Source of the DNA: Bacteroidota bacterium
Lineage (GTDB): Bacteria; Bacteroidota; Ignavibacteria; Palsa-1295
Length of the DNA: 64,000 bases
Direction: 5' to 3'
Assembly (NCBI GenBank): GCA_021324735.1
Contig: JAJPIO010000009.1
Span: forward strand, 450,510 to 514,509
Under the pieces are notes generated by a model. It was not told where the DNA came from, did no database searches, and saw nothing but the letters and a program-made list of their open reading frames with translations. The position numbers and the translations under genes are program-made. This document shows positions 37,804 to 48,347 of the stretch, piece by piece; within the stretch, counting starts at the first letter, position 1; each line of letters opens with the position of its first letter.

Positions 37804-38759
37804 CACGCGATCTCGATAATGCTTTTCGCGTTCGCCCTTTGGTCCTCGATGGCGCGCTCGGCACCGAGCTCGAGGGACGAGGTGTCAATACGTCGGGTAA
37901 AAGTTGGACCGCTCGCGGTATTGTTACCAATCCCGATCTGATCTTTAAGATCCATCGGCAATATGCCCGCGAAGGAGCTGATATACTGACAGCCAACACG
38001 TTTCGCACTAATCCTCGCGCACTCAAAGATACTGGTCTCGATGCGGAAGCGCTCACAAAAAAAGCTGTTCGAATTGCACGTAAAGCGAGAAGAGAAAGAA
38101 ATCCGCTGATCCGTGTCGCAGGTTCAATAGCGCCCGTCGAGGACTGCTTCACTCCGAAATTGGCCCCGAAGAACGATCCCGCCTTGATCGAAGAGCACCG
38201 CATTATGGCGCGCTGGCTCGATGAAGCTCGAGTGGATATTATTCTTATCGAGACGATGAGCACGTTCCATGAGGCGATCTGCGCGCTTCAGGCTGCTAAA
38301 GAAGAGAGCGAGAAGTATGTGTGGATATCGGTCGTACCTAAGGATGGCGAGACCATGCTCGATGGGACACCACTCGATTATGCCGTTCAGCGTTTTAAAG
38401 AGGGAGGCGCGCATCTTGTAGCGCTTAATTGTGCGCCAGTGACGACCATGTACGATGCACTGCCGTTATTCTCGAAAGCTGCAAAGAAGGCGGGACTTTG
38501 GTTTGGATGCTATCCTAATACGTCGGAGAAATTACCAGATGGCACCTGGAATTTGCGCGCTTATAATAACGAGCAAATGGCTAAGTGCGCGGTAGCATGG
38601 ATGAAAGCCGGTGCTGTAATGGTCGGGAGCTGCTGCCATTCAACGCCGCGAACGACGGAAGCCATTCGACAGAAGCGCGATATTTTCGGGATCGGGAAAG
38701 AAGGCCTGGAGCTAGGCCTCGATGACGATCTGGACCTGCCAGAGTGGTTGTTGTGGTAG
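37800..38759 (+). CDS. Homocysteine S-methyltransferase family protein
   Basis: LDGALGTEL, GADI..ANTF, AGSIAP, IETM, LNC, YPN and GSCC zinc ligands. Confidence 0.9.
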   Translation: MTRDLDNAFRVRPLVLDGALGTELEGRGVNTSGKSWTARGIVTNPDLIFKIHRQYAREGADILTANTFRTNPRALKDTGLDAEALTKKAVRIARKARRERNPLIRVAGSIAPVEDCFTPKLAPKNDPALIEEHRIMARWLDEARVDIILIETMSTFHEAICALQAAKEESEKYVWISVVPKDGETMLDGTPLDYAVQRFKEGGAHLVALNCAPVTTMYDALPLFSKAAKKAGLWFGCYPNTSEKLPDGTWNLRAYNNEQMAKCAVAWMKAGAVMVGSCCHSTPRTTEAIRQKRDIFGIGKEGLELGLDDDLDLPEWLLW

Positions 38760-38760
38760 T

Positions 38761-40869
38761 CTATTCGATCTGCACACCCAGATTGTAGAACGTAAATGCC
38801 AGAGAGTCGGCAAATTCCGCAATGACTTTCGATAGCGGTTTTCCTCCACCATGTCCGGCCTTCGTTTCGATCGAGATCAGCGTTGGATTCGTGCCGGCCT
38901 GAACGTGCTGCAGCGTAGCGATGAACTTGAAGGAGTGTCCCGGCACGACGCGGTCATCGTGATCGGCGGTCGAAACGAGCGTTGCAGGATAGGAAACACC
39001 GGGCTTCAAATTGTGCAGCGGCGAATAGTGATAAAGATTTTTAAAATCGGTTGAATCATCACTGGTGCCGTATTCAGAAGCCCAGCCCCAACCGATCGTA
39101 AACTTATGATAGCGCAACATGTCCATCACGCCAACTTCGGGCAGCGCAACTTTGCATAGGTCGGGCCGCTGACACATCACCGCGCCGACGAGCAGTCCGC
39201 CGTTCGATCCGCCCTGGATGGCCAACTTATCAGGCGACGTGTACTTCTCCTTAAAGAGATATTCGGCTGCCGCAATAAAATCATCGAAAACATTTTGCTT
39301 GTGAAGCTTCATACCGGCTTCATGCCAGGCTTTGCCGTATTCACCACCGCCGCGAAGGCTTGGTTCGGCAAAAATTCCACCTTGTTCGAGAAACGCTATC
39401 AGTGCAGCACTAAAATGAGGAGTTAAGCTAATATTGAACCCGCCATAAGCATAGAGCTTGGTGGGGTTTTTACCATTGCGTTCGAGGCCTTTTTTATGTA
39501 CGAGAAACATTGGTACTCGGGTACCATCCTTACTCGTATAAAAGACTTGTTCGGTAACGAAATCGTTAACGTTGAATGGGACCTCGGTCTTATGAAACAC
39601 GACCGACTCATTGGTTTTGAGGTTATATTGATAGATCGTCGGCGGTATGGCAAAACTCGAAAACGTATAGAATACGACCGAGTCTTTCCGTTTACCCACA
39701 AAACCGCTAACACTCCCAAGCCCGGGAAGACTAATTTCCTGCTCGAGCTTGCCTGCCGCATTAAAAATATACGTGTGGCTGGAAGCATCCTTCAAGTAAG
39801 AAGCGATCAATTTGCCACCTACAAAGCTGACGTCTTCGAGTTTTTCCTCCTTTGCAGGAATAATATCATGATAGTTCGATCTATCAGGCGTTGCAGGATC
39901 GACGAGGACGAGGCGGTTTGTCGGGGCGTCTTCATCGGTCATCAGCAAAAACTTGTCTCCGAGGTTATCGATCACACCGGCATTATGTCCGAATTCCGAG
40001 ATGAGAGGCTTAAACTCTTTATCAGAACCGTCCGCATGTTTCCAGGAAATGAGGCTGCCAATTTTTCCACCTTCGTTAATATAGAGGATAAGATATTTTT
40101 CGTCTTCCGTAACGCTCACAGAGAATGTGCGCTTAGGGTTGTTACGGTCTTCAAAAATAAGGGAATCGGCGGATTGTGGCGTACCCAGTTTGTGATAATA
40201 AATTTTTTGGAAATCGCTGCTTGCTGTGTATTGGCCGGAGGTTGGAGCATCGTAACGTCCGTAGAAAAAGCCATCTTTATACCATGAGGCCGAGCTATAA
40301 CGGACCCATTCAATATGATCCGTAAGTTGCTTGCCCGTGGAGACTTCTTTTACAAAGATCTCCTGCCAGTCTGAACCGGACTTGTGAATGCTGTAGGCCA
40401 AATAGCGATCGTCATTCGAAAAATCCATTGATCCCAGCGAAGCAGTGCCATCACTGGAGAGAGTATTCGGATCGAGAAAAACTTCTGGTGTTGCATGTAA
40501 GCCGTGTTGCCGGTAAACAATTGGCTGATTTTGAAGTCCCTCGTTCCTGGAGAAGAAATAATATTCTCCAACCTTGTTCGGAGCGCTGATGCGCGGATAA
40601 TTGAACAATTGCTCGAACCGGGCGCGTAATTTCTCGCGATACGGAATCTGATCGAGGTAGGACTGCGTGACCTTATTCTGCTCTTCTACCCATGTGTGTA
40701 CATCTGCTGAATCTACATTCTCGAGCCATCGATAGGGATCGGCGACCTGTGTGCCAAAGTAGTTATCGAGCTGGTTACCGCGTTTTGTTATTGGATAATG
40801 TAATCGCTGAGCGAGAGCAGAGGAAAAGCTAGTAAGCACAATAAATAATAGCAGAATTTTCATGGACAT
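38761..40869 (-). CDS. Prolyl oligopeptidase (S9A), secreted
   Basis: DPYRWLE, YGGF, GGSNGGLL, DHDDRV and AGHG catalytic motifs; signal peptide. Confidence 0.95.
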   Translation of the reverse strand: MSMKILLLFIVLTSFSSALAQRLHYPITKRGNQLDNYFGTQVADPYRWLENVDSADVHTWVEEQNKVTQSYLDQIPYREKLRARFEQLFNYPRISAPNKVGEYYFFSRNEGLQNQPIVYRQHGLHATPEVFLDPNTLSSDGTASLGSMDFSNDDRYLAYSIHKSGSDWQEIFVKEVSTGKQLTDHIEWVRYSSASWYKDGFFYGRYDAPTSGQYTASSDFQKIYYHKLGTPQSADSLIFEDRNNPKRTFSVSVTEDEKYLILYINEGGKIGSLISWKHADGSDKEFKPLISEFGHNAGVIDNLGDKFLLMTDEDAPTNRLVLVDPATPDRSNYHDIIPAKEEKLEDVSFVGGKLIASYLKDASSHTYIFNAAGKLEQEISLPGLGSVSGFVGKRKDSVVFYTFSSFAIPPTIYQYNLKTNESVVFHKTEVPFNVNDFVTEQVFYTSKDGTRVPMFLVHKKGLERNGKNPTKLYAYGGFNISLTPHFSAALIAFLEQGGIFAEPSLRGGGEYGKAWHEAGMKLHKQNVFDDFIAAAEYLFKEKYTSPDKLAIQGGSNGGLLVGAVMCQRPDLCKVALPEVGVMDMLRYHKFTIGWGWASEYGTSDDSTDFKNLYHYSPLHNLKPGVSYPATLVSTADHDDRVVPGHSFKFIATLQHVQAGTNPTLISIETKAGHGGGKPLSKVIAEFADSLAFTFYNLGVQIE

Positions 40870-40927
40870 AAAAAAGGATACCTGTCCTGGCCAGACAGTT
40901 TGAAGAAGAGGCGAAAACGAGTAGGAA

Positions 40928-40962
40928 CACAAAAGGTCTGGGGATAACGCTATCCCCAGACC
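40928..40962 (-). terminator. Intrinsic terminator after the Hc1-like gene
   Basis: GGTCTGGGGATA-GCGT-TATCCCCAGACC followed by TTTTGTG on the minus strand. Confidence 0.8.
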
Positions 40963-40988
40963 GAAACCTTGCAGATCGCGAACGATCC

Positions 40989-41183
40989 TTACGCGGCGGG
41001 TGTGCTGGGCTCGGTGGCCTTGATCTCCTGGACTTCCTTGCGGATTTCCTGCGCCTTACGCTTTAGCTCGTTCATAGCCTTGCGAAGACGGGTACCGGCA
41101 GACTTGTTGCCTTTCTCATAGAACTTCTCAAAGTCCTTTTCGAAAGACGCGAGCAAGTCCTGTAGTTCTTTATAACGGTTCAT
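40989..41183 (-). CDS. Histone H1-like (Hc1 family) small basic protein
   Basis: D.EKFY.KGNKSAGTRLRK.M.ELK..AQE.R..V. Confidence 0.85.
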   Translation of the reverse strand: MNRYKELQDLLASFEKDFEKFYEKGNKSAGTRLRKAMNELKRKAQEIRKEVQEIKATEPSTPAA

Positions 41184-41410
41184 TCTTGTGCCTCCTATAT
41201 GTCAAGAGTCGTTTGTAAGCTGATCTGAACATTGGTCGGGACTCAGATTCCGAACGAAGAGCCAAAGTCCCCTTAGTAAGAATATGAGCGTAATGACGAG
41301 ACACCCGAGGTGCAACTCATCTCTACAATGGCTAAAATACGAGATTTTTAGGGCAAAAGCAAGTATTCTGGCGAAAAAAACGGCAACGGAATAGTTTGCT
41401 TATAGCAAGC

Positions 41411-41441
41411 AAAGACCCCTTCCACATAGTGAAAGGGGTCT
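41411..41441 (-). terminator. Probable terminator after the large T9SS cargo gene
   Basis: AGACCCCTTCCAC-ATA-GTGAAAGGGGTCT hairpin. Confidence 0.6.
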
Positions 41442-41462
41442 CCGTAGTTTGGGTTTGGGTCT

Positions 41463-44306
41463 TTATTTCACGACCTCTAGTTCACGAATAAGACGAATTC
41501 CGTTAGATTCGAAAATGCAGTAATAACTGCCGCTCGATAACGAATTTACGTCAAACGTCAAGTCATGGTCGCCAGCACCGAATCGGCCGTTAGCGATCAT
41601 CTTCAGCATTGTGCCCTTTTGATCGGCGATCGACACATGCACACTTGCGTCATACGGAAGTGAGAATGAGATCGTTGTCGCATTGTTTGCCGGATTTGGA
41701 TAATTTTGCTTCAGACTAAATCCTTCCTCGGTTGTTACTTCCGAGACTCCGCTGTTTGCACCAACTCCATTTAATGTGAAGTTGAACGCAGGCATTGGAG
41801 AGGGCGAAGCACTCGGGAAAGTAAGTGTTGCCGTTTCGCTTGCAGCAATAGTTGGCGTGAAATTGATCGTAAGCGTACCCGAGTTTCCGGCAGAGATCGT
41901 AGAAGGAGTGACCTGAGTTGCTACGACGAAATCATTGGCATTGGTGCCGGTAATGCTGGCAGCACCCGGCGTCCAATCCATATTGCCGTTATTGGTCACT
42001 GTAACAGTGAATGTTTTTGTCTTGCCAACGGCAACAGTTCCAGCGGCGCCGTTTGCGGCAGCAGCAACGCCTTCACCAGAGCCCATCAAGTTGACGACCA
42101 TCGGCGTTACACCGGTACCACCGCTAACAGTAAGAGAAGCGATCGATTGAGAGAAATCCGTCGGTGCAAATACGACCTTGAACGTTGTATTCCCGCCAGG
42201 CATAACAACCGGGCTAATTGCGGGAGTAACTGTGTACGGCCCGGTTACACCGGTAATCGCTGCATTGTAGGTAGTAGCTACATCGCCGCAATTCGTGATC
42301 GTAACTATCTCGGTATCGGTCGTTCCGGCCAGGATCTTGTTCGCATTAAAGAGAACATCCTGCGAAGCATTCGCACAAACCTGCAAGCCAACATCACTAA
42401 TGCTGAACGGAATATTCTCCGTAATATCATTGGTCGTAACGTTTGCCTGCACGCCCATCGTACGCACGCCACGCGCTGACGGCGTAAAGCTGACGGTGAT
42501 AGGCACCGTGGAGTTCGCAGCAATGGTAAGCGGGAAGGTCTGCCCACTGATCGAAAAGTCAGAGGTGTTTCCGGAAACAGGAATAAGCGAATTGATCGTC
42601 AGGCTTTCGGAGCCGTTATTCGTTAACGAACCGGTGCGCGTATCGCTTATGCCGACGATGGCAGAATCCGGTTGCGGGAAATTCGCGGTAAGAATGCCGA
42701 CCGGAATTCCAACGCCTGTTACATAGACATCCACGCTCGATGTATCGATCGAAGGATCGCTAAATGTCGGCGGAATATTAGTCGTCAGACGGACCGTCGC
42801 AAGCCGCGTTCCACGGTCGAGCGGAGCGAAAGTAACGGTAAACTGTGCGCTCTGGCCCGGAGCCAGTTTTTGTCGAGTCGAAAGTCCCGTATACGAGAAA
42901 TCATAGTCGGCGCTTGCAAAATAATTGCGAACGAGAACCAGCGTATCGGTACCGGGATTCGAGACTGTAAAATTCTGGGAGACCTGATTACCGATCGGAG
43001 TGGCAGGGAAATCGAAGCTGGATGGCGTTACCGAAATATGCGGTAAAATTCCAACCCCGCGAAGCTGTACGATCTGTTCACCACCGTTACTTTCGATGTA
43101 TAGCAATGCGCTGTGCATTCCTTCGAGCGTTGGATGGTAGACGACCGTTATCGAATCCATATCGCCATTCGATAGCCGTTCCGACGGCACACGAACGAGG
43201 CTGTACTCACTGGGATAATCGCCCGCAAGGTGAGTGGATGGAAGAATGATCAGGTGGGCAGGGCCGCTATTGCTTACTGTTACACTTTGCGTGACAGATT
43301 GACCCAGCTTAATATGGGACTTATTAAATAGAGTTTGCGAACCAACGGCTAAGTTCGGTGCAATACCGGTGCCTTGCAGCGTAAGTGAGACGTTCGCAGG
43401 ATTATCGGCATCGGTATTGAAGGTCAGCGTACCCGCCTGGGAGCCGCCCACCGTGGGTGTGAACATTACGACGATCGAATCGAGTGTCGGATTGGCTTGT
43501 GTGCCAGGAGCGATCGTCGTTGCGGCATAGGCAAGTCCGAATGCCGAGCCTACCACATTCACATTGGAAATAGTGATCGCAACGGGATTCGGATTTGAAA
43601 GAATGACCGTTCTATATTCTGTATCCTCTATCGAAACACTGCCGAAATTGATAGAGGTAGCCGGTGTTACACCGAGCGAATTAAAGTGTGTACCAGAGAT
43701 CACTACATTATCGATCGCTGGGTTACTTGCACCCCAATTGGGGTTTCCCTGAAACTGGATTCGAAGATCCGACGTGCGGAATGCGGCCGGGATCGCAATG
43801 TGATAATGGGCCCAGTTATCGCTCGAGGTCAATGGATCAAAAAGAACCGAGTAACTACCATCCGCGTCATTATAGGTATAAGCAGTGCTTGTCGAGAGAC
43901 TGAGGACCTGCTGTGAACCACTCGAATTTGTGACCAGTACCTGGAAATTATCGTCGCCGAACATAGCGGCGTAATCGTTGTACTCCCAAAAGAAGTCGAA
44001 GTCAAGATAGGCTTCGTCCGAGGAATTACTCCAACGGCTCGCATCGATCGTTGGCGATACGATAGGATCCCCGCCGAAGTAATAATCGTACATATCACAG
44101 ACGAGCGATCCATTGTAATCGCCATTACCGGAAGCGCTATAATTCCAACTGTAAGTGCTATTATCCCAACCATCGGGAATGCTGCCGCCGCTGAAGTCTT
44201 CCGAATAGACTGTGCTCGTGGTGCTTGCCAAGCTGGGTCGTGCTCCCGCGAGGGAGAGTCCCGCTACGCATAGTAAAAAAACAAGAAACCGTATCTGTGT
44301 TTTCAT
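41463..44306 (-). CDS. T9SS cargo protein with tandem choice-of-anchor D / ASH Ig-like domains
   Basis: Signal peptide; about 6 repeats of (N.G...L.I...F.P...G...A.L...G.G); C-terminal LKQNYPNP...LSSGSYY. Confidence 0.85.
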   Translation of the reverse strand: MKTQIRFLVFLLCVAGLSLAGARPSLASTTSTVYSEDFSGGSIPDGWDNSTYSWNYSASGNGDYNGSLVCDMYDYYFGGDPIVSPTIDASRWSNSSDEAYLDFDFFWEYNDYAAMFGDDNFQVLVTNSSGSQQVLSLSTSTAYTYNDADGSYSVLFDPLTSSDNWAHYHIAIPAAFRTSDLRIQFQGNPNWGASNPAIDNVVISGTHFNSLGVTPATSINFGSVSIEDTEYRTVILSNPNPVAITISNVNVVGSAFGLAYAATTIAPGTQANPTLDSIVVMFTPTVGGSQAGTLTFNTDADNPANVSLTLQGTGIAPNLAVGSQTLFNKSHIKLGQSVTQSVTVSNSGPAHLIILPSTHLAGDYPSEYSLVRVPSERLSNGDMDSITVVYHPTLEGMHSALLYIESNGGEQIVQLRGVGILPHISVTPSSFDFPATPIGNQVSQNFTVSNPGTDTLVLVRNYFASADYDFSYTGLSTRQKLAPGQSAQFTVTFAPLDRGTRLATVRLTTNIPPTFSDPSIDTSSVDVYVTGVGIPVGILTANFPQPDSAIVGISDTRTGSLTNNGSESLTINSLIPVSGNTSDFSISGQTFPLTIAANSTVPITVSFTPSARGVRTMGVQANVTTNDITENIPFSISDVGLQVCANASQDVLFNANKILAGTTDTEIVTITNCGDVATTYNAAITGVTGPYTVTPAISPVVMPGGNTTFKVVFAPTDFSQSIASLTVSGGTGVTPMVVNLMGSGEGVAAAANGAAGTVAVGKTKTFTVTVTNNGNMDWTPGAASITGTNANDFVVATQVTPSTISAGNSGTLTINFTPTIAASETATLTFPSASPSPMPAFNFTLNGVGANSGVSEVTTEEGFSLKQNYPNPANNATTISFSLPYDASVHVSIADQKGTMLKMIANGRFGAGDHDLTFDVNSLSSGSYYCIFESNGIRLIRELEVVK

Positions 44307-44578
44307 GGGGGTGTTGCGTTTTATTGTGAACTAAGAGTCGGCTAATAGACCGAGGTAATTGACCGACGGACCAGCTAATAACCAGCAAAGAATAAGGGGC
44401 AATAATGAGGTGCGATCAGAGAGAGAAATCCAGGTCCCTATACTCTGGGGCCTGATTGACGGACTGCTCGAAGCCTCATCTGAGTCTGCTATGACAATAA
44501 CACTTCAGGTAGCCCGATGTTACAAATATTAATGATAAATTTTAGAATGTGGATAAATCAGCGCGTTATCTACGCTTA

Positions 44579-45658
44579 TTATCGACCGAGAAGCCAATAT
44601 TCGAGTAGGGCGACGCTTTCTCTAAGACGATAATAAAGAAGATCGAGGAAGGGTTGGTGTATTCTGGAAGGACTCCCTATAGCGATCAAACCATTAAACC
44701 GGCACATTTCGATCACCCGAGCTATATGATACTGGTCGGAGATGATCACAAATCGCGTCCATTTTTGGTGGGAATAGAGTTCGTCCCGTATATAGCGTAC
44801 TTGTTCGAGCGTCGTATGTGAGGCAGACTCTTCGACGATCTGTGATTCATCGACACCACGGCGCATGAGGTCCTGTTTTGCAACTTCTGCTTCTGCCAAT
44901 TCGCCGGGTGCGCTTGCTCCTGTTACCACAATTCGTGGGATGGCGTGTTTGGTTAAAAGATCGTATCCCAGTTCGATGCGCTCGCGGAGCGCCGGGCTTG
45001 GACGATCTCCAAGCCCGTGACCGCGCCATACTGCGGCTCCGAGGACCACTCCGGCATCCGGATTAAAGTCCGCGATCTCCTCGACTCGGGAGTAGGTCGG
45101 ATAAAAAAAGGCGTATATAAAAGCCAGTAAGATAGAGAAGGTAAGGATCGCTGCTGTGTTCAGTACGATCTTTATAAATCGCTGGTAGGGGAGCAGCGTA
45201 CTTTTAGAACGAGTCAGGAGAGTGGCCAACACTGCGAACATTGCAAGCAGGATCAGTACGGCTGCTTCCGGAGTAAAATCTTCCGCGGGTGTTCGCCGAA
45301 TTCCAAAGTCCAGCCACAGCAAAATAGCAGAAAGAACGACGATACTGATCGACCGAGTGCGTCCGATCCGCTCCGGATGAACGATAGCGGCTATGATAAG
45401 GCCGATAACAAGGAATAGATAGAAGAGCGAGATAAGATCGCTCATCGTAGTAAGTCGAAAATATACGGTCGTGAGTCCCTGTCCTTCGTATCGGCTCTCG
45501 GTTAGCACAATGTAGGCAATCAACTGTGCAGCGAGCATAATAAAGAAGAGGACGCGTTTCATCCGCCGGTCCTTGCCGGCCGCTGCAGAGGTGGGAGAAG
45601 AATCGGTCCGAAATTCGGTGAGGCTCATCGCATACAATAATGCGCGATGGTAAGACAA
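44579..45658 (-). CDS. YdcF/DUF218 (ElyC/SanA-like) protein with N-terminal membrane domain
   Basis: VVLGAA, PSPAL.ER, VTG...EAE, E..S.TT.E, ISD.YH..R and RE motifs after about 5 TM helices. Confidence 0.85.
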   Translation of the reverse strand: MSYHRALLYAMSLTEFRTDSSPTSAAAGKDRRMKRVLFFIMLAAQLIAYIVLTESRYEGQGLTTVYFRLTTMSDLISLFYLFLVIGLIIAAIVHPERIGRTRSISIVVLSAILLWLDFGIRRTPAEDFTPEAAVLILLAMFAVLATLLTRSKSTLLPYQRFIKIVLNTAAILTFSILLAFIYAFFYPTYSRVEEIADFNPDAGVVLGAAVWRGHGLGDRPSPALRERIELGYDLLTKHAIPRIVVTGASAPGELAEAEVAKQDLMRRGVDESQIVEESASHTTLEQVRYIRDELYSHQKWTRFVIISDQYHIARVIEMCRFNGLIAIGSPSRIHQPFLDLLYYRLRESVALLEYWLLGR

Positions 45659-45856
45659 TCTAAGGAGTATTGCCGTTTCTCTTTAGTGAGCTTGCGGTGT
45701 TGTTCCGAACTGTTCGCTTTCATGGTACTGTTGTTACAACGATTACCGTGAACGATCCTTCAAAAGCATACTATCGGCGGTTGAGGTAGCAGCACAATAG
45801 CGATGTGCAAAAAGCCCTCTTAGCGCCGTGGTTACATCATAAGATCTTAGGTCGAT

Positions 45857-47233
45857 TTGTCAGACTTTAAATTCATGGCGCTCGGTGGCGGGCGCGAGAT
45901 CGGGGCTAATAGCTTTTATTATTCCGTTGACGGTCAGGGTATCCTGATCGATGCCGGTCTGCATCCGGAAAAAACGGGATGGGCTGCATTCCCCGCGATC
46001 GCTGCTTTGCAGGGGAGCCCGGTCGATCATTTCCTCGTCACTCACGCTCATACCGATCACTTAGGTGCTGTTCCATTCGTGCGTCAATCGTATCCGAATG
46101 TTCCGATTTACGCCACGAGCGAGACGATCGAGCTAAGCAAGATCATGCTTCAGAATTCTGCAAGCTTGTTGCCAAAGCAGCACTCGCAGGAGGTTCTGGA
46201 CGCATTGCCGAATTATGCAATGACAGCGTTGCCCGAGACGATCGAGCGAATGCGACCACTGGACCTCGGAACGTCCGAAACGGTGGCTGGTGGTAACGTC
46301 AGGATCAGTTATTATCCGAGCGGCCACATCCTCGGAGCGGCGGGTATCTATATAGAAGCGGACGGCCAAAAGATCTTTCACACCGGCGATACTTCTCTTC
46401 ACGCGCAACGATTGGTAACAGGGGCGCAACTTCCGGAAGGCCCTATCGATGTACTGGTTACAGAATCAACGAATGGCGTAGTGGACGCCTATCTTACTCA
46501 TTCTCGCGAGAAAGAATTAGAGCGCCTGATCGAGACGATCAACGAGACGCTGAAAAATGAAGGCTCGGTACTTATACCTGTTTTCGCGCTCGGCAAGTTG
46601 CAGGAAATGCTGACGATGATCGGGGATGCGGTGAAAGCCGGTAAACTACCGTCCGTACCGATTTATACTGGTGGCATGGGACGTCGCATTAACGAGGTGT
46701 ACGATAAGTTCTTAACGAGCCGTTCACGCACAAATGATGTAGATAAAACATCCGATATCGAACAGGCTGAATTACCTCGACGAGAATTTTTGTTCGGTGG
46801 CAAGTTCTTTCGCGAACCGAGCATTGTGTTAGCGGCGAGCGGTATGATGCAGGAGGGCACGGCCAGTTACTTCCTCGCTCAGCGTTGGCTGCGGCATTCG
46901 CATTTTACGATCTGCTTCGTCGGATATACCGATCCACGAACGCCCGGATATATCGTTTCCCATGCTCAGCAAGGGACTCGCATACGGTTCGGCTCGATGA
47001 AGCGGGATGTACCGGTCCGCAGTCGTATCGAGCGGTTTAGATTTAGTGCTCATGCTCGGCGCGAAGAGCTCTTGGAAATTGTTAGACGTCTGAAGCCTCG
47101 TCATGTGGTCCTCACCCATGGCGATGAAAAAGCGATGTCGGCATTTGGTGAACTCATTCTCGAGAATTTCCCGGAAATGAAAGTGAGTGCACCAGAGGTC
47201 GGTAAGTGGTATGGCTTTAATGGTTCTCGGTAG
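45857..47233 (+). CDS. MBL-fold beta-CASP RNA-processing hydrolase
   Basis: LGG..EIG, THAHTDH, GHILGAA, TGD, EST, PVFALG, FSAHA and THGD motifs. Confidence 0.9.
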   Translation: MSDFKFMALGGGREIGANSFYYSVDGQGILIDAGLHPEKTGWAAFPAIAALQGSPVDHFLVTHAHTDHLGAVPFVRQSYPNVPIYATSETIELSKIMLQNSASLLPKQHSQEVLDALPNYAMTALPETIERMRPLDLGTSETVAGGNVRISYYPSGHILGAAGIYIEADGQKIFHTGDTSLHAQRLVTGAQLPEGPIDVLVTESTNGVVDAYLTHSREKELERLIETINETLKNEGSVLIPVFALGKLQEMLTMIGDAVKAGKLPSVPIYTGGMGRRINEVYDKFLTSRSRTNDVDKTSDIEQAELPRREFLFGGKFFREPSIVLAASGMMQEGTASYFLAQRWLRHSHFTICFVGYTDPRTPGYIVSHAQQGTRIRFGSMKRDVPVRSRIERFRFSAHARREELLEIVRRLKPRHVVLTHGDEKAMSAFGELILENFPEMKVSAPEVGKWYGFNGSR

Positions 47234-47257
47234 TAGTTCAGCTTCTTCTCAACAGCG

Positions 47258-48232
47258 TTGAAAATAAGTAGTATTGGTGTCCTCACGAGTGGCGGTGATG
47301 CCCCGGGGATGAATTCATCGATTCGTAGCATTGTCCGTGCTGGGTTGCAGCGCGGCCTTCGTGTGATGGGTATTTATCACGGATATTCCGGACTCATGGC
47401 CGGGGACTTCGTTGAGCTCGATGCCCAAAGTGTTTCGAATATTATCCAGCGTGGTGGCACGATCCTCAAAACGGACCGCGCAAAGGAATTCCGAACTCCG
47501 GCGGGACGCAAGCGTGCGGCTGAAGCCATCGCGGCGAATGATGTCGATGCGCTGGTGGTCATCGGCGGTAACGGTACTTTCCAAGGGGCCGAGCTTTTAT
47601 CACAAGAGCATAATATTCCGGTGATCGGCGTGCCATCAACGATCGATAACGATCTCTATGGCACCGATTGGACCATTGGCTATGACACCGCAGTCAATAC
47701 GGCGATCTACAATATCGATAAGATACGCGATACCGCGGAAGCATTGGAACGTACGTTCTATATCGAAGTGATGGGGAGAGCCACCGGATTTATCGCTCTC
47801 GACGTGGGCTTAGCGACCGGTGCCGAATACATTGCCATTCCCGAACGCGAAACCCGGCTCGATGTCGTCCTCAAACTCTTCGAGCGTCAGCGCGCGACGA
47901 AGCGCTCGAATATTATTATTGTGGCCGAAGGAGAAACCCCTGGCACCAGCGCCCTCGAAATCGCGGAGAAGGTGAAGCAGATGAACGGCATGGATTATCG
48001 CATAACGATCCTCGGCCACATTCAGCGTGGTGGTAGCCCCACCGCCCGGGATCGAATTCTTGCAAGCCGGTTGGGTGCGTTTGCGGTCGATGAACTGCTT
48101 GCTGGCTCCTCTTCGGTCATGGTCGGCGAACAGCGGGGAAGCCTCTGCACGACGCCGTTAAAAGAGAGTTTTACGCGAATGAAGCCGATCCATGAGGATT
48201 TGGTCCAATTGAGCGGGTTGCTTTCGGCGTAA
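47258..48232 (+). CDS. pfkA: ATP-dependent 6-phosphofructokinase
   Basis: TSGGDAPGMN, GGTIL, TIDND, EVMGR and LGHIQRGG motifs. Confidence 0.96.
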   Translation: MKISSIGVLTSGGDAPGMNSSIRSIVRAGLQRGLRVMGIYHGYSGLMAGDFVELDAQSVSNIIQRGGTILKTDRAKEFRTPAGRKRAAEAIAANDVDALVVIGGNGTFQGAELLSQEHNIPVIGVPSTIDNDLYGTDWTIGYDTAVNTAIYNIDKIRDTAEALERTFYIEVMGRATGFIALDVGLATGAEYIAIPERETRLDVVLKLFERQRATKRSNIIIVAEGETPGTSALEIAEKVKQMNGMDYRITILGHIQRGGSPTARDRILASRLGAFAVDELLAGSSSVMVGEQRGSLCTTPLKESFTRMKPIHEDLVQLSGLLSA

Positions 48233-48347
48233 CGAATCCACGAATTTCGCCCGAGTATCCTATTTTTTTTGTAACTTTAAGGCTCACCGGATGTCCCGAG
48301 GTCTGGAAGTTCGGTGCGTAAACGTCTCGTACTTTATTAAAAGAGAT

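Noticed and set aside
39496..40287. 263-aa + strand ORF and the other antisense/alternate-frame ORFs inside long genes
   Set aside because: Shadow ORFs opposite well-supported genes, with no recognisable motifs.
44548..44556. Perfect DnaA box TGTGGATAA (and a near match TTATCAACA at 53531-53539 upstream of dnaN) as oriC
   Set aside because: Isolated single boxes with no cluster, no DUE and no dnaA nearby.
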